Virus record (IMG/VR): IMGVR_UViG_3300017786_003484
Location: 1-64,000 of that record
Strand: one strand, 5' to 3'
Length of the DNA stretch: 64,000 bases
The position numbers and the translations under genes are program-made. Positions 1-10,148 of this stretch are shown here, piece by piece (the first letter of the stretch is position 1; the number at the start of each line of letters is the position of its first letter). The notes under the pieces were generated by a model. That model was not told where the DNA came from, made no database searches, and saw only the letters and a program-made list of their open reading frames with translations.

Positions 1-231
1 ATTATCTCCAGCAATACGTTTTAATGCAGTAGATAGTTCCTCTCCTGGATTCTCTTCTGGCCAATTCAATCCAGCACCAGCTACTGCAGGAAGTACTTGA
101 CAACCTACTTTTAATCCTAACCACGAATCAGCAAAAGCCTTACATAGTTTTATTTTTAATTTATTAAGCCCTTCAATATCAATGTGATTGTCTAAGTTAA
201 CGTAAGGCTTTCCATTAATTTTGTATATCAT
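1..231 (-). CDS. Hypothetical protein, N-terminal part (runs off window)
   Basis: Hand-translated open frame MIYKINGKPYVNLDNHIDIEGLNKLK... starting at 231, overlapping the thyX stop; not in ORF track. Confidence 0.6.
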   Translation of the reverse strand, partial: MIYKINGKPYVNLDNHIDIEGLNKLKIKLCKAFADSWLGLKVGCQVLPAVAGAGLNWPEENPGEELSTALKRIAGDN

Positions 232-1084
232 TCAACCCAAATTTTTCTACAATCTCTTGCATTTCTCGTTTACTGATACCAAAGTTTTCGCCTATCTCGT
301 CTATCCTATTAATATCAATTTCTCTAAACATAAGAGATTTAACAAATACAAGTTCTTGTTTACTCAGCTTTACTGATTGCTCTTGGTAATCCTCAAAGGC
401 TTCACATGCTACAGGAAACTTTTCTTTTACCATATCATACATTGCTCTAGCATATTCTTGTATTTCCCATTGTGCATGGCTATCCATTCGTAGTCTAGCA
501 TAATGTAAAAAGTTTTTAAGATTGGATTTCCAGTAACATTCTGTATATCCGCCTACTGGAAGAACTTGCCTCGCAGTCTCTCTAGCCAAGTTAAGGTTAT
601 CGGAATGTTCTGTGTAGAGGGAGTAATCACGATCCCATGACTCGTTAATATCGTCACTGATTCGTCTTTTTGTTTCTTCGTCAAGCTCTCCTTCTCTACC
701 TTGCTTATTGGTTGTACTTTGTGGCTTGATGTTCTCTGAGTTGGGTACATAGACTTCGTCTGTAAGTACCGAGTAGCGGGCTGAATATTCATTTAATGAT
801 GCCGTCCTATGTCTAACTAATTGCCTCATTACAAAAATAGGCAGTTTAATGTGAAACTTTACTTCGCACATCTCGAATGGCGTAGTGTGTTCATGTCGCA
901 TTAGATAACGTATTAATGCTCTATCACTGCTGGCTTTTTTAGTACCATCACCGTAACTAACACGAGCGGCTTGTACAATAGAGTTATCTGTGCCCATATA
1001 ATCAACTAGGCCAATAAATCCTTTATCTAATACTTGTTTGTAATTCGGGTCTTTATCAAAATCTATCTCCGAACATAATGTCAT
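215..1084 (-). CDS. thyX: FAD-dependent thymidylate synthase ThyX
   Basis: AARVSY, HTTPFE, RQLVRHR-x-SLNEYSARY and LRMDSHAQWEI motifs. Start placed at 1084 (ATGA overlap with upstream stop) rather than 1192. Confidence 0.95.
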   Translation of the reverse strand: MTLCSEIDFDKDPNYKQVLDKGFIGLVDYMGTDNSIVQAARVSYGDGTKKASSDRALIRYLMRHEHTTPFEMCEVKFHIKLPIFVMRQLVRHRTASLNEYSARYSVLTDEVYVPNSENIKPQSTTNKQGREGELDEETKRRISDDINESWDRDYSLYTEHSDNLNLARETARQVLPVGGYTECYWKSNLKNFLHYARLRMDSHAQWEIQEYARAMYDMVKEKFPVACEAFEDYQEQSVKLSKQELVFVKSLMFREIDINRIDEIGENFGISKREMQEIVEKFGLNDIQN

Positions 1085-1992
1085 ACTGTTTCCTTTGCTT
1101 CTGAGTTTCTTTCTATTATAGCATGTTTTCTGTTTCCCCACAACCTTTTTATTTCCGAAAGTGGAGCAAACGGTAACATTATAATTAAGCAAGGATCAAA
1201 CTCGTGCCATCTACCACTTACACTTGCTCCAAAATCAAAGCTACTTGCTTCTCTATGATGGTTATTATGCCAACCACTTCCAAAATGAAAATATCCTATT
1301 GGCCAACAGTTTGTACTACAGTCTTTGTTATTAAAGTTTTGGTAGCCTGCGGCAGGAACATGTCCAAATGTATTAACCATTCCGTCCATGTGTAAACTAG
1401 ATAATGCTCCCATAATCCAAAACCAAAATGTAAATTGCCATCCAAATAATAACAAACTAACTAGTAATGTTCCGTATATAATTTTATTATAATGATTATG
1501 CAACCACACAATCTTTTTATCTCTTAATAGGTCAACGGCATAACGAAAACTTACACTATCCTGTTTAATATCAAACTGCCAACCCATATAACTATGCCAC
1601 CAGCCGTTTTCTACAGGAGTGTGAATGTCCTTGCCTGGCTGATCACTAACTTTATGATGATGTCCTCGATGTAATGATGCCCACCATAGAGGACTTCCTT
1701 CTCCTACCATAACTGCTAACCAGTATAAGAATGGTTTCATCCATTCACGTGGCTTCCAGGATTTATGACTTAATAGTCGATGTAGTGTTAAATTATTTCC
1801 AATACCATCTAATGTAATCCATCCACATAACATTGCAACTAAGTACCACCATTCCCAACCAGTGTAAATTAAATAAGGTATTAGTGTTACAGCAAGTAAA
1901 TGATATGGTAACCAAATTGCTACTATAAAAGGTATTTGTTTTGTTTTTTTGTATAGGCCTACCTGCCCTTGTATCCAAGTACTAATTGCCAT
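1081..1992 (-). CDS. Membrane fatty acid desaturase (delta-9/DesC-like)
   Basis: Three His boxes (HRLLSH, HRGHHH, GWHNNHH), DxHTP-GWWHSYMGW, VNTFGH, transmembrane stretches. Confidence 0.9.
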   Translation of the reverse strand: MAISTWIQGQVGLYKKTKQIPFIVAIWLPYHLLAVTLIPYLIYTGWEWWYLVAMLCGWITLDGIGNNLTLHRLLSHKSWKPREWMKPFLYWLAVMVGEGSPLWWASLHRGHHHKVSDQPGKDIHTPVENGWWHSYMGWQFDIKQDSVSFRYAVDLLRDKKIVWLHNHYNKIIYGTLLVSLLLFGWQFTFWFWIMGALSSLHMDGMVNTFGHVPAAGYQNFNNKDCSTNCWPIGYFHFGSGWHNNHHREASSFDFGASVSGRWHEFDPCLIIMLPFAPLSEIKRLWGNRKHAIIERNSEAKETV

Positions 1993-2635
1993 TTATTCTC
2001 CTATTATTTCTGATTGCTTTGCCACCTTCTGAGGGTGCTTCTGTATCAGTTCTTCGTAGTATATATCTTCTAAAGTTCATATTATGAGGATGTAGTGTTC
2101 TTCCTAGCAGTTCATTAACTAAACTATAGTGTGTTAATGTTTTTGCTGGAATTGTCATCTCAACAAAGGTATAATACTTTTCCCGTAAGAATAACATAAT
2201 ACGACTATACGGATCTTCTCTATCTTCCGGATAAGTTAAAAAGAATTCATTTAATCCAATAGCTTCGTGTATATTACAAAGCTCTGTAACTATTTCTCTA
2301 AACATTGGTACAAATTTAATTCCCATTGAAGGCGACAAAATCCAAGCAAAGCACCAACTAGGAGAATGAGGTAAACGTCTTACTCCTACAGCTGAAATTA
2401 GTTTATCATTTTTATATACTCCCCAACAGGCTCGCTGACTAAAGTTTTTAAACTTGTCAGGATCTAACATAAACATTCTAAAAAACTTTTCTCTTTCTTT
2501 AACCTGATCAATATCAAATCCTACTCTAAAATCTGGATACTTACTAGGATCCACTCCATCGTAGATACTATCAGCAAGTTCTAAAACTTGTTGTAGATTA
2601 GTATGGTTAAATTGTTTTAGTTTATATGCTGACAT
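1982..2635 (-). CDS. Hypothetical protein, possible GNAT-like acyltransferase
   Basis: Beta-strand pattern CWGVYKNDKLISAVGVRR resembles GNAT core; translationally coupled to neighbours. Confidence 0.45.
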   Translation of the reverse strand: MSAYKLKQFNHTNLQQVLELADSIYDGVDPSKYPDFRVGFDIDQVKEREKFFRMFMLDPDKFKNFSQRACWGVYKNDKLISAVGVRRLPHSPSWCFAWILSPSMGIKFVPMFREIVTELCNIHEAIGLNEFFLTYPEDREDPYSRIMLFLREKYYTFVEMTIPAKTLTHYSLVNELLGRTLHPHNMNFRRYILRRTDTEAPSEGGKAIRNNRRINGN

Positions 2636-3564
2636 ACTGTTTCAATCCCTTGCTCTAAATTATGCTTTAATAGGTCTGTTGGTATAGTATACTCTACAGG
2701 AGTATAACTGTCTAATGAAGGATGTCTATTTTCTTCTACATAGTCCCATAAGTGCATATAGTTTTCCATACCATGATACTTTGGTCTCATTCTAAATTTA
2801 AATCCTGCCTCAGAGTAAATTCTCATTTTACTACTAGTCCATCCGTATTTGTATTCAAAGTTATCGTTTATTAATAAACTTGCTGTTGGTATATTTAAAA
2901 AAGCAAGCATTGCTTCAGGTGTATATGTGTAGAAATTATTTAATGCTATTTGTCCTGTCTTATCTTGGAATCGTCTCCACACACCGTCTTGATCTTCCTT
3001 TTTTAAGAAAACCCAACCCCACGTTGTCTCACCTGTATTGTAATCTACAGTTGGCTTCTTTTCTAATTCTACTTCATCAACAGACATCATAGGCTCTTTA
3101 AAATCCTCAACAACCTTCATTAGTATTTGTTGATAAAAAGTATAAGATTGATATTTCTCTGCAATGTCTAAATACTCTCCACTTAAACAAAACTCTTCTG
3201 GATCAAACTCTATAATCTCAACTTTCTCATTAAATTCAGATTTCATCATTTCCATCATTGGTCCAATATCATACATGTTAGATTCATCTTTAAATTTAAT
3301 GGTTGCCAGTCTCGGTTTAACACCAGCCGCCTTAAAACTACGAAATGCAATTTCGCTATCTAGACCGCCACTCATAAAAAGTGTTAAGTCTGGATACTGA
3401 TCAATTATCATTTGGGCAATGCGACGCCATTCAATCTTTGCACTAAAAGTTGGTCTAGTACAACCACCAATAGACATACTAGTAATATCTGTTTCGCTAG
3501 TTCTCCATACAGATTCTTTATCTTCGTTATACCAATATCTTAAATGATTGTTTAACGTGTTCAT
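2617..3564 (-). CDS. PP-loop (adenine nucleotide alpha-hydrolase) protein, asparagine synthetase/QueC-like
   Basis: LTLFMSGGLDSE PP-loop motif. Confidence 0.65.
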   Translation of the reverse strand: MNTLNNHLRYWYNEDKESVWRTSETDITSMSIGGCTRPTFSAKIEWRRIAQMIIDQYPDLTLFMSGGLDSEIAFRSFKAAGVKPRLATIKFKDESNMYDIGPMMEMMKSEFNEKVEIIEFDPEEFCLSGEYLDIAEKYQSYTFYQQILMKVVEDFKEPMMSVDEVELEKKPTVDYNTGETTWGWVFLKKEDQDGVWRRFQDKTGQIALNNFYTYTPEAMLAFLNIPTASLLINDNFEYKYGWTSSKMRIYSEAGFKFRMRPKYHGMENYMHLWDYVEENRHPSLDSYTPVEYTIPTDLLKHNLEQGIETVCQHIN

Positions 3565-3774
3565 TTAAATAAATTCCAATACAAAAACATATGCTCCATA
3601 GGCATACAAAAGTGTTACTGGAATAATAGCAACCATGTTAGGGTCATGAAAAAATTTAATTACCTTTTTCATATTATTATTCTCCGTTTTTATCCACATA
3701 TTAAAGTTAAGCATTATATAAAAAACCATAACAATCGATGCTAAACCTAAACCTAATATTATGCCTGTACTCAT
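3565..3774 (-). CDS. Small two-TM membrane protein
   Basis: 69 aa with two hydrophobic segments; abuts neighbours. Confidence 0.6.
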   Translation of the reverse strand: MSTGIILGLGLASIVMVFYIMLNFNMWIKTENNNMKKVIKFFHDPNMVAIIPVTLLYAYGAYVFVLEFI

Positions 3775-3932
3775 TTATCGTCCTCAAAGTTTTCTCCGTT
3801 TACTACCCAGTCTAGTCCGTTAATGTCTGCGTCATGTTGTGCTACTCTATACTCTAGTGCTTTGATTCTAGTATATAATTCATCAATAAGTTCTGAGGAA
3901 ACATATGTATATCCATTTTTAACTGTAGTCAT
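3771..3932 (-). CDS. Small hypothetical protein (53 aa)
   Basis: Hand-translated MTTVKNGYTYVSSELIDELYTRIKALEYRVAQHDADINGLDWVVNGENFEDDK; fills the gap, ATGA overlap with next gene. Confidence 0.6.
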   Translation of the reverse strand: MTTVKNGYTYVSSELIDELYTRIKALEYRVAQHDADINGLDWVVNGENFEDDK

Positions 3933-4566
3933 TTTGTATCCTTTTCACATCATGTTTAAGTTGATCCATTGAAAAGCGAGTACAAGGTTTAATAACTGCC
4001 CATTGTGTAGTTGAATGAACTGTTATTGGATTCTCAATAGGAACACAATCAGTCCACCAGTTACTCCATATACCACTAACACTAGAAGGGGTTTTGCCTG
4101 TCGTATGTGCTTGAGAAATAACTTCCCATATTAATTTGTTATATTCATTAAAAGTTAGTATCATTCCATTTTTATTATTTGTCATTGCCCAGTTTAAGTT
4201 TGCTGTTAGTAAGTGTTTTGTTATATTATGATTTTCTCTGTATTCTTTATCCATCCATAAACGATTTCCGCCACTAGCATAATCAGGATGTAAGTTAGAA
4301 TGTTCTACTGCACTAACGCCTACTATTGAACCTTTTTCTAAATCATATAATAAATCAATTTGTCCTGTATCTCTTGTCCAACGTCTATGCTCATTTCTTT
4401 CTTCTTTAATAAGGTATAATAGTCCTGAAGGTTCAGAATTATCCATATTAGGTATTACATGTGATTTTTCGTAGTCTTTAGTCATTCTTTGTAGGAATGT
4501 ATTGTATGCAGATTCATGTTTTTTAAAACTCTCTGCATTTGTGGTTTTTATTTCTAAACTTTGCAT
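3919..4566 (-). CDS. GNAT-family acyltransferase-like protein
   Basis: IVGVSAVE...GGNRLWMDKEYRENH resembles GNAT motif A. Confidence 0.55.
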   Translation of the reverse strand: MQSLEIKTTNAESFKKHESAYNTFLQRMTKDYEKSHVIPNMDNSEPSGLLYLIKEERNEHRRWTRDTGQIDLLYDLEKGSIVGVSAVEHSNLHPDYASGGNRLWMDKEYRENHNITKHLLTANLNWAMTNNKNGMILTFNEYNKLIWEVISQAHTTGKTPSSVSGIWSNWWTDCVPIENPITVHSTTQWAVIKPCTRFSMDQLKHDVKRIQNDYS

Positions 4567-4581
4567 ACTAGTATGTATCTA

Positions 4582-5109
4582 TCAATCGATGTCGTTGCTG
4601 TCCAAGCTCATCAGTAGGTGCCAACGTTTTTCGTTTCCACAATTTATTGCAGTATGTAACTCTCTTGTGTCGACTTTGAACACTCCACCATTGGCAGGTA
4701 TCTCTACTAATTCAGGAGGATCAACAAATAAAAACCGAGCTTGTTTGTTTGTATATGTTGCTATATGTAATCTTTGATGAGGATCTCTATGCATACTATA
4801 ACAGCTACGAGGCTCCATAATCATTATTCTTGTGCGATATACTTTCCATGGAAATTCGTCAAAGAACTTTTCCCAATATGTTCCAATTAAGTCTGGACGT
4901 AATTTATCCCATTGATGCTCGTTGTCGCCTAAATATGTTCCTGTACCTTCAGCATGATCTCCTATGCCGCCTGATTGTAATGCTGTTTGAGATCTAAAGT
5001 CTCCTAGTTCGTTATCCCATGCTAATTTTTTACATTCCTCATGCAACTGTTCTACATCGTTGATAACATAAGGCTTGTCGTTATGTCGCATACGGTACTT
5101 CTTACTCAT
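4582..5109 (-). CDS. Cupin/2OG-Fe(II) oxygenase, aspartyl/asparaginyl beta-hydroxylase-like
   Basis: RTRIMIMEPRSCYSMHRD...RLHI...VDTRELHTAINCG..RWHL: HxD...H triad in a double-stranded beta-helix pattern. Confidence 0.7.
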   Translation of the reverse strand: MSKKYRMRHNDKPYVINDVEQLHEECKKLAWDNELGDFRSQTALQSGGIGDHAEGTGTYLGDNEHQWDKLRPDLIGTYWEKFFDEFPWKVYRTRIMIMEPRSCYSMHRDPHQRLHIATYTNKQARFLFVDPPELVEIPANGGVFKVDTRELHTAINCGNEKRWHLLMSLDSNDID

Positions 5110-6374
5110 TATACCTCTCCTATAACCATAAACCTATTGCATTTTTCTAAGTTTAATTCACCTTGATAATGTATCTTCGATACTCCACATTCTTCAACAA
5201 ACTCGTCTAAATGAGAAAAGCAATTAACATGATCTGGAACATCAAACATATTGTTACCTTGTAATACAACTCTAGTTCCTTTAGGAAGAGACTCGACCCA
5301 ACCTCCGTGGTCATGAAAGTGTTCTGTTATTGTATCAACTATAACAAAATTTTCCATTTTGGTAAAGTCCATGGATCTAATATCTTCATTTGATACTCGG
5401 TAACGTTCAGTTGATACTCCTGCCATTGACATCTCGTTACCATCAACATCTGTTATGTCTGGTGCTGGTACATTTAATATACAAGATGGATCGTTAACAG
5501 TCTTGTCAATATCTACATTAACAACTTTTCCAAACTCTTGTTTACGACAGTTTGCTAAGAAAGGCAATATTCCGAGCCAACCTCCAACTATAATTGTAGT
5601 AGTATCTTCTGTAATCCAGTTTACTTCTTTTAATTTGTCTAGTAACCAAACTTTACTTTTAATTTGATTTCTACTTAATGCATCGTGCCAGTTTAACTTT
5701 GGACTATATGCTATTGCTTTAGACATACGTTTGAGTTCTGATTGTAATTCAGGAAAATAATTTATACTTGCATTATTTGCAAGTACTTCAATATTATCGT
5801 CAACTAAATTTTCTAACATAGTTGTTCTTCCTACTAACAGTCTTGCAAAGTAACATACCTCATAGATGTTTCCTTGTTTTGCTTCTGCTAGTTTATTAGC
5901 ACCCCAGGCTATGTTTTCTAATGCATCAGTTCCGTTTTCTTTTATCCAACCTGCTGTAGCCCATACAGGTTGAGCAATATCTTCTACTACTTGGCAACCT
6001 TTCCAAATTGTATTAATTACTTCATTGGGTGCAGATGTAAACTTGATATTATTATCTTCTCTATGATACATTCCAAGTGCTAGTGCTAGTCTTAACTGAT
6101 TCCATCTTGTTTTTTCTTTAGCAGGTTCTACACATGCTACTAAATCCTGAAAGTTTAAGAAGTTTTCGATTCCAACATTATAAAACAAATGTTCTAAGTC
6201 ATCGTCTGATCCTGTTTCTAAGTTTCTTCTAAGCCAATGTAAGCTACTACGAAACCCAATAAACTCCTCCATAAAATACAAAAAAGCTATTCTATTTTTT
6301 CTAATAGTATCTTCTTTACTTCCTGGTACTAGTCTAGTATTATTCTTTTGTTTTGCTTCTTGTAGTCTTACCAT
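5109..6374 (-). CDS. Class I SAM-dependent methyltransferase with N-terminal extension
   Basis: IIVGGWLG motif I, VNVDID motif II, DTITEH, LQGNN. Start at 6374 (TAATG overlap). Confidence 0.7.
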   Translation of the reverse strand: MVRLQEAKQKNNTRLVPGSKEDTIRKNRIAFLYFMEEFIGFRSSLHWLRRNLETGSDDDLEHLFYNVGIENFLNFQDLVACVEPAKEKTRWNQLRLALALGMYHREDNNIKFTSAPNEVINTIWKGCQVVEDIAQPVWATAGWIKENGTDALENIAWGANKLAEAKQGNIYEVCYFARLLVGRTTMLENLVDDNIEVLANNASINYFPELQSELKRMSKAIAYSPKLNWHDALSRNQIKSKVWLLDKLKEVNWITEDTTTIIVGGWLGILPFLANCRKQEFGKVVNVDIDKTVNDPSCILNVPAPDITDVDGNEMSMAGVSTERYRVSNEDIRSMDFTKMENFVIVDTITEHFHDHGGWVESLPKGTRVVLQGNNMFDVPDHVNCFSHLDEFVEECGVSKIHYQGELNLEKCNRFMVIGEV

Positions 6375-7369
6375 TACTGCCACCATCCAAACAACTTTAA
6401 GTTAGTTCTCCAATGTACATCATCATATGTTAAAGGTTTTTCAGGATGTAACTGTAACTGTTTAAAGAGTAAACTAGCACTTTCGTCTAATATTGGCAAG
6501 TTAAATCCGTAAACCTCATTTACTGCATCTTGGAGTTCCTTCATGCCTCTTTCTGTTATTGTTTCAAAACTCTTGAAGTATTCATTAAACCATTCGTAAT
6601 CCCTGATCAATGTGTAGTCAAAATTATTAAAATATAACTGTCTAATAGCAGTACGAGCACCTATAATACTCCATATACCATTTTTAACATCAGCACCAAC
6701 TGTTAGCCATGTTAGCAATCGTTGATAGTTTGCGGCATGCATTATTTCTTTAATATTGTCTTTATTAATTACTTTTCCAGCTTCGGTTGAAAGTTTAACT
6801 CCTTCTCTAAAGCCTACACGAAAAGCCTGATAAGGAGATGCATTTGTATAAACAGTTGAATAACAACCGGGTAGTTCCTTGTACTGTGATTCGTCCCAAC
6901 AAAAATCAACTTCATCTCGTTCAGTATTTGATGCTTCGTGACTTTTCATTGACATTAGATGTTCTGTATTCCATAGTTTTAATCCGCCATTACCATACAT
7001 TAATCCATTTGTAAACTGTCTACCGCCCCAAGTGTAAGACATAAATCCTATACCTTTAGGAAGACGTAATTCAAAGAAAGCAGGATCTACTATACTATCC
7101 GCATCAACTGTGATTACATATCCAGCATTAGGAAAAACCTGAGCCGCGGCTTTATGACAAGCATCAAATCCTTTAACACCATGTACACGTTGTACTTCTT
7201 GATGTGGTGTTGTTAGTTGTAATGTTTTCCAGTTAGCGTCAGCATTTGGCTCATCAAAACTTAGAAATACAATAGGAATATCTCTGGTAGTTCTAGCAGT
7301 ATGCTTTACATTTCCTGCAAGTATCTTTGCTTTATCGTCTTTTGATAGTTTAAACATTGACATTGTCAA
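6374..7369 (-). CDS. Glycosyltransferase-like protein (GT-A), paralog 3
   Basis: VFLSFDEPNADANW, HGVKGFDACHKAAA, VDAD (DxD), NGLMYGNGGLKLW, AFRVGFREGVKL. Confidence 0.65.
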   Translation of the reverse strand: MTMSMFKLSKDDKAKILAGNVKHTARTTRDIPIVFLSFDEPNADANWKTLQLTTPHQEVQRVHGVKGFDACHKAAAQVFPNAGYVITVDADSIVDPAFFELRLPKGIGFMSYTWGGRQFTNGLMYGNGGLKLWNTEHLMSMKSHEASNTERDEVDFCWDESQYKELPGCYSTVYTNASPYQAFRVGFREGVKLSTEAGKVINKDNIKEIMHAANYQRLLTWLTVGADVKNGIWSIIGARTAIRQLYFNNFDYTLIRDYEWFNEYFKSFETITERGMKELQDAVNEVYGFNLPILDESASLLFKQLQLHPEKPLTYDDVHWRTNLKLFGWWQ

Positions 7370-8216
7370 ATTCCTTTTCTAACCATTCCCAGTTATTAAT
7401 TAGATTCATTTTCTCACTATTAGCATATTTTAAACCATGCTTAACTCCAGCTTTTGCTCCTTTAATAACCCACTCTGCATTTAATCCTTCTGATACTGTT
7501 GACCATACATGATATCTCACAGATGCTTCGAACACTTCATCAAAGTAATTATGTGTTAGCAAACTTTCTCTATACTTTTCAATTATAATACTTCTTTTGC
7601 CGCCTCTGTATGATGACTTAGATTTGCTATCCCAATCTTGTTTTTGTATATGTTCTTCCAACCTAACAAATTCTTTTTCTCTTTGTTGTTCTCTTCTTTT
7701 AATTGCACCAAAAACTGAACCTAATGATGCTAGTTTTGCACACTCTCTAAATGCGCCTATAAACGCACTATCTGGTGTTGCGTTAAATCTTGTTTCACAA
7801 CTAACTTTAGACTTAGCAATAGTAGATGCTCCTATTGTTGTAGACAAATCAATTTCCCAACTGCGACCTTCTAAAAATGGCTTTTTAGGAAACAACTTAA
7901 CTCCGCCATATCCATATTCTAATCCATTGACTGGATTAACACTATTCCATACAATTACACACTCGTCTTCTGGATGATCCCAATGTAGTTCGTTTGGATC
8001 TGGAACAAAATTAAAATCAAAGTCATCTACAATCCAAGCATCAGCATCAACTACATAGAAGTTGTCTGTTGCTGACTGTTCTGCACAAGTTTTATGTACT
8101 TCATAGATTCCTTTAACATCTCTTACTTCTTTGATGTTTGGAACAAATTTTGTTAGTCTCTGGTAGTTTTCTTCTGCGTTCCATTCGCCTTGGGAAATAA
8201 AAAATACATCTAACAT
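7350..8216 (-). CDS. Glycosyltransferase-like protein (GT-A), paralog 2
   Basis: DVFFIS..E.NAEENY, VVDAD, NPVNGLEYGYGGVKLFP, GAFRECAKL. Confidence 0.65.
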   Translation of the reverse strand: MLDVFFISQGEWNAEENYQRLTKFVPNIKEVRDVKGIYEVHKTCAEQSATDNFYVVDADAWIVDDFDFNFVPDPNELHWDHPEDECVIVWNSVNPVNGLEYGYGGVKLFPKKPFLEGRSWEIDLSTTIGASTIAKSKVSCETRFNATPDSAFIGAFRECAKLASLGSVFGAIKRREQQREKEFVRLEEHIQKQDWDSKSKSSYRGGKRSIIIEKYRESLLTHNYFDEVFEASVRYHVWSTVSEGLNAEWVIKGAKAGVKHGLKYANSEKMNLINNWEWLEKEFDNVNV

Positions 8217-8220
8217 CTAA

Positions 8221-9195
8221 TCAACCTACTATTAACTGATCAACATCAGCTTCTCTAACTAATGGTGCTAGTCTGATAGGATTAAAGTAACTGGCTTTAT
8301 AAAACTTACTTGCTTCTTCATTTAGTGTAGATATTTCTAAACCCATATCTTGCTTTAATATTCTTCCTAGCTTTTCTACTTCATTGTATAATTTTTTTGT
8401 ATTCCAAGAGAAGTCGCTTATTACACAATGCTCATCTGTTCCGTAAAACTTTGGAGCAACTTCTTCATGCCAATATTTATTATGCCATTCAAAGTCTCGT
8501 ACTAGTGTAAAATCAAATTCATTTCTTTTTAGATTTGTCATATAGCAACCTAAACGAGCACCATATATTGCCCACATACCATTCTCTACATCAGAGCCAA
8601 CACTCATCCATATTAAAAGTCTTCTATGATTTTTATAATTATTTTTCTCTGCTACTTGTCGCCAATCCATAGGCTCACCGTTATGTAATGCTAACTTAAC
8701 ACCTTCTCTAAACCCTGCTCTATATGCTTGGTAAGGAGTTCTATTATTATAAACATCACTATAGATATTGTTTAACTGATGATAATGTATATCCCAGCAA
8801 AAGTCAACAGCACCTGCTCCGCTGTCTACTTCTTCATGTGTTCTCATCTGTTCTACTACTTTTACAGGCCACAACTTAATTCCACCATTGCCATATACTA
8901 ATCCATTGATTACATTTTTACCGGACCAACTTAATACGTCAGCTTCGTGAAACTTTTCTATATCTAGTTCAAGTTCAAAGAAATCTTCTCTTACTTTATT
9001 ATCTGCATCAATACCAATGAAGCGTTCTGTTTCAGATAGTTTAGCGGCGGCTTTATGGCAAGCATCAGATCCAAATACTCCGTGACTTCTTTTAGCCCAA
9101 GGACAAATTGATTGTAAATGAGCCCAATTCTCGTCTGCATTTGGTTCATCGTAACTGATAAACACAACATCATATTCGCTTATAGGCACACTCAT
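8221..9195 (-). CDS. Glycosyltransferase-like protein (GT-A), paralog 1
   Basis: DVVFISYDEPNADENW, IDAD, NGLVYGNGGIKLWP, AYRAGFREGVKL. Confidence 0.65.
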   Translation of the reverse strand: MSVPISEYDVVFISYDEPNADENWAHLQSICPWAKRSHGVFGSDACHKAAAKLSETERFIGIDADNKVREDFFELELDIEKFHEADVLSWSGKNVINGLVYGNGGIKLWPVKVVEQMRTHEEVDSGAGAVDFCWDIHYHQLNNIYSDVYNNRTPYQAYRAGFREGVKLALHNGEPMDWRQVAEKNNYKNHRRLLIWMSVGSDVENGMWAIYGARLGCYMTNLKRNEFDFTLVRDFEWHNKYWHEEVAPKFYGTDEHCVISDFSWNTKKLYNEVEKLGRILKQDMGLEISTLNEEASKFYKASYFNPIRLAPLVREADVDQLIVG

Positions 9196-10148
9196 GTTTC
9201 TACTCCAATATCTAGATTGTTTGCTTTATATAATAGGTTTACAGCTGAGTTGTCTTGCCAATCAGCAATTTCAAAAGGAGCATTTTGCCTTAGCATTAAT
9301 GCTGGAAGTTCTACCCAGTTAACAAAATTATCTGGGTCATCACCTTTAACGAGAGCACCTTTTATATTTCCTGATATATCATCAATAGGACTACCCGGCG
9401 TATAATGACTTTGTGCCCATAGCACATTATCTTTTACATATAGTGTAATATGTGTTCCAGGTCCTGGATGCGAGATTATTGTCTGCATCTCTGATGTTCC
9501 GTTAAATGTATAGTATTTTTCTGCTCTTACAAATGTTACTCCTTTAGATACCTTTGAAAAGTTTAAACGTATGTTCTTGTCCTTGTGTATTATATCATCA
9601 ATAACTAATGGATTAATTATATCCCATAAAGAAAATTCTACATATCCTTTCTCTAGCAAAGGTTGTAACTTAACATTAATGTTTCCTAATAATATATGAG
9701 GATCTGTGCTATCTGTTATATAGATTTTAAGTGGAGCCGTTTCTTTATTTTCTACTGCACGAGTTGTCCAAATCCTATTAGGTTCTAATCGTACAATACC
9801 TTTCTTAGGAAATAATACAAATTTTAATTCTGGGTCTTTACTTTCTTCGTATAATGAAGTACTATGCCATTCACTATAACTGCTAACTGTATATTCAGAT
9901 ATAGATCGTTTGTCTACTAGATCTAATGCTCCAATTTTTTCATTTATTGTAACAATATAATTATTTTGACTTTCTGTTCCAGACAGTATATTTTGAATTT
10001 TAGAATAAGATACACTTAAGGCACTAGGATTATTGTCTTGTGTTCCTGGAGATATTTTAGTAATACTACCTTTATCATTATACTCAACTGACCAAAATTC
10101 TTGTTTAGCTCGTTTTCTTTTTCTAACTGCAAATTTAATATCAGCCAT
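9192..10148 (-). CDS. Hypothetical protein
   Basis: ~318-aa ORF coupled within the operon; internal similarity between YITDSTDPHILL and LVKGDDPDNFV segments. Confidence 0.6.
   Translation of the reverse strand: MADIKFAVRKRKRAKQEFWSVEYNDKGSITKISPGTQDNNPSALSVSYSKIQNILSGTESQNNYIVTINEKIGALDLVDKRSISEYTVSSYSEWHSTSLYEESKDPELKFVLFPKKGIVRLEPNRIWTTRAVENKETAPLKIYITDSTDPHILLGNINVKLQPLLEKGYVEFSLWDIINPLVIDDIIHKDKNIRLNFSKVSKGVTFVRAEKYYTFNGTSEMQTIISHPGPGTHITLYVKDNVLWAQSHYTPGSPIDDISGNIKGALVKGDDPDNFVNWVELPALMLRQNAPFEIADWQDNSAVNLLYKANNLDIGVET

Noticed and set aside
1085-1192. N-terminal extension of ThyX in the ORF track
   Set aside because: Overlaps the desaturase C-terminus; ATGA coupling supports a start at 1084
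2617-3564. QueC / 7-deazaguanine DNA modification or lasso-peptide cluster
   Set aside because: PP-loop present, but no QueC Cys zinc motif, no queD/queE/folE/dpdA, and no lasso peptidase or clear precursor in the window
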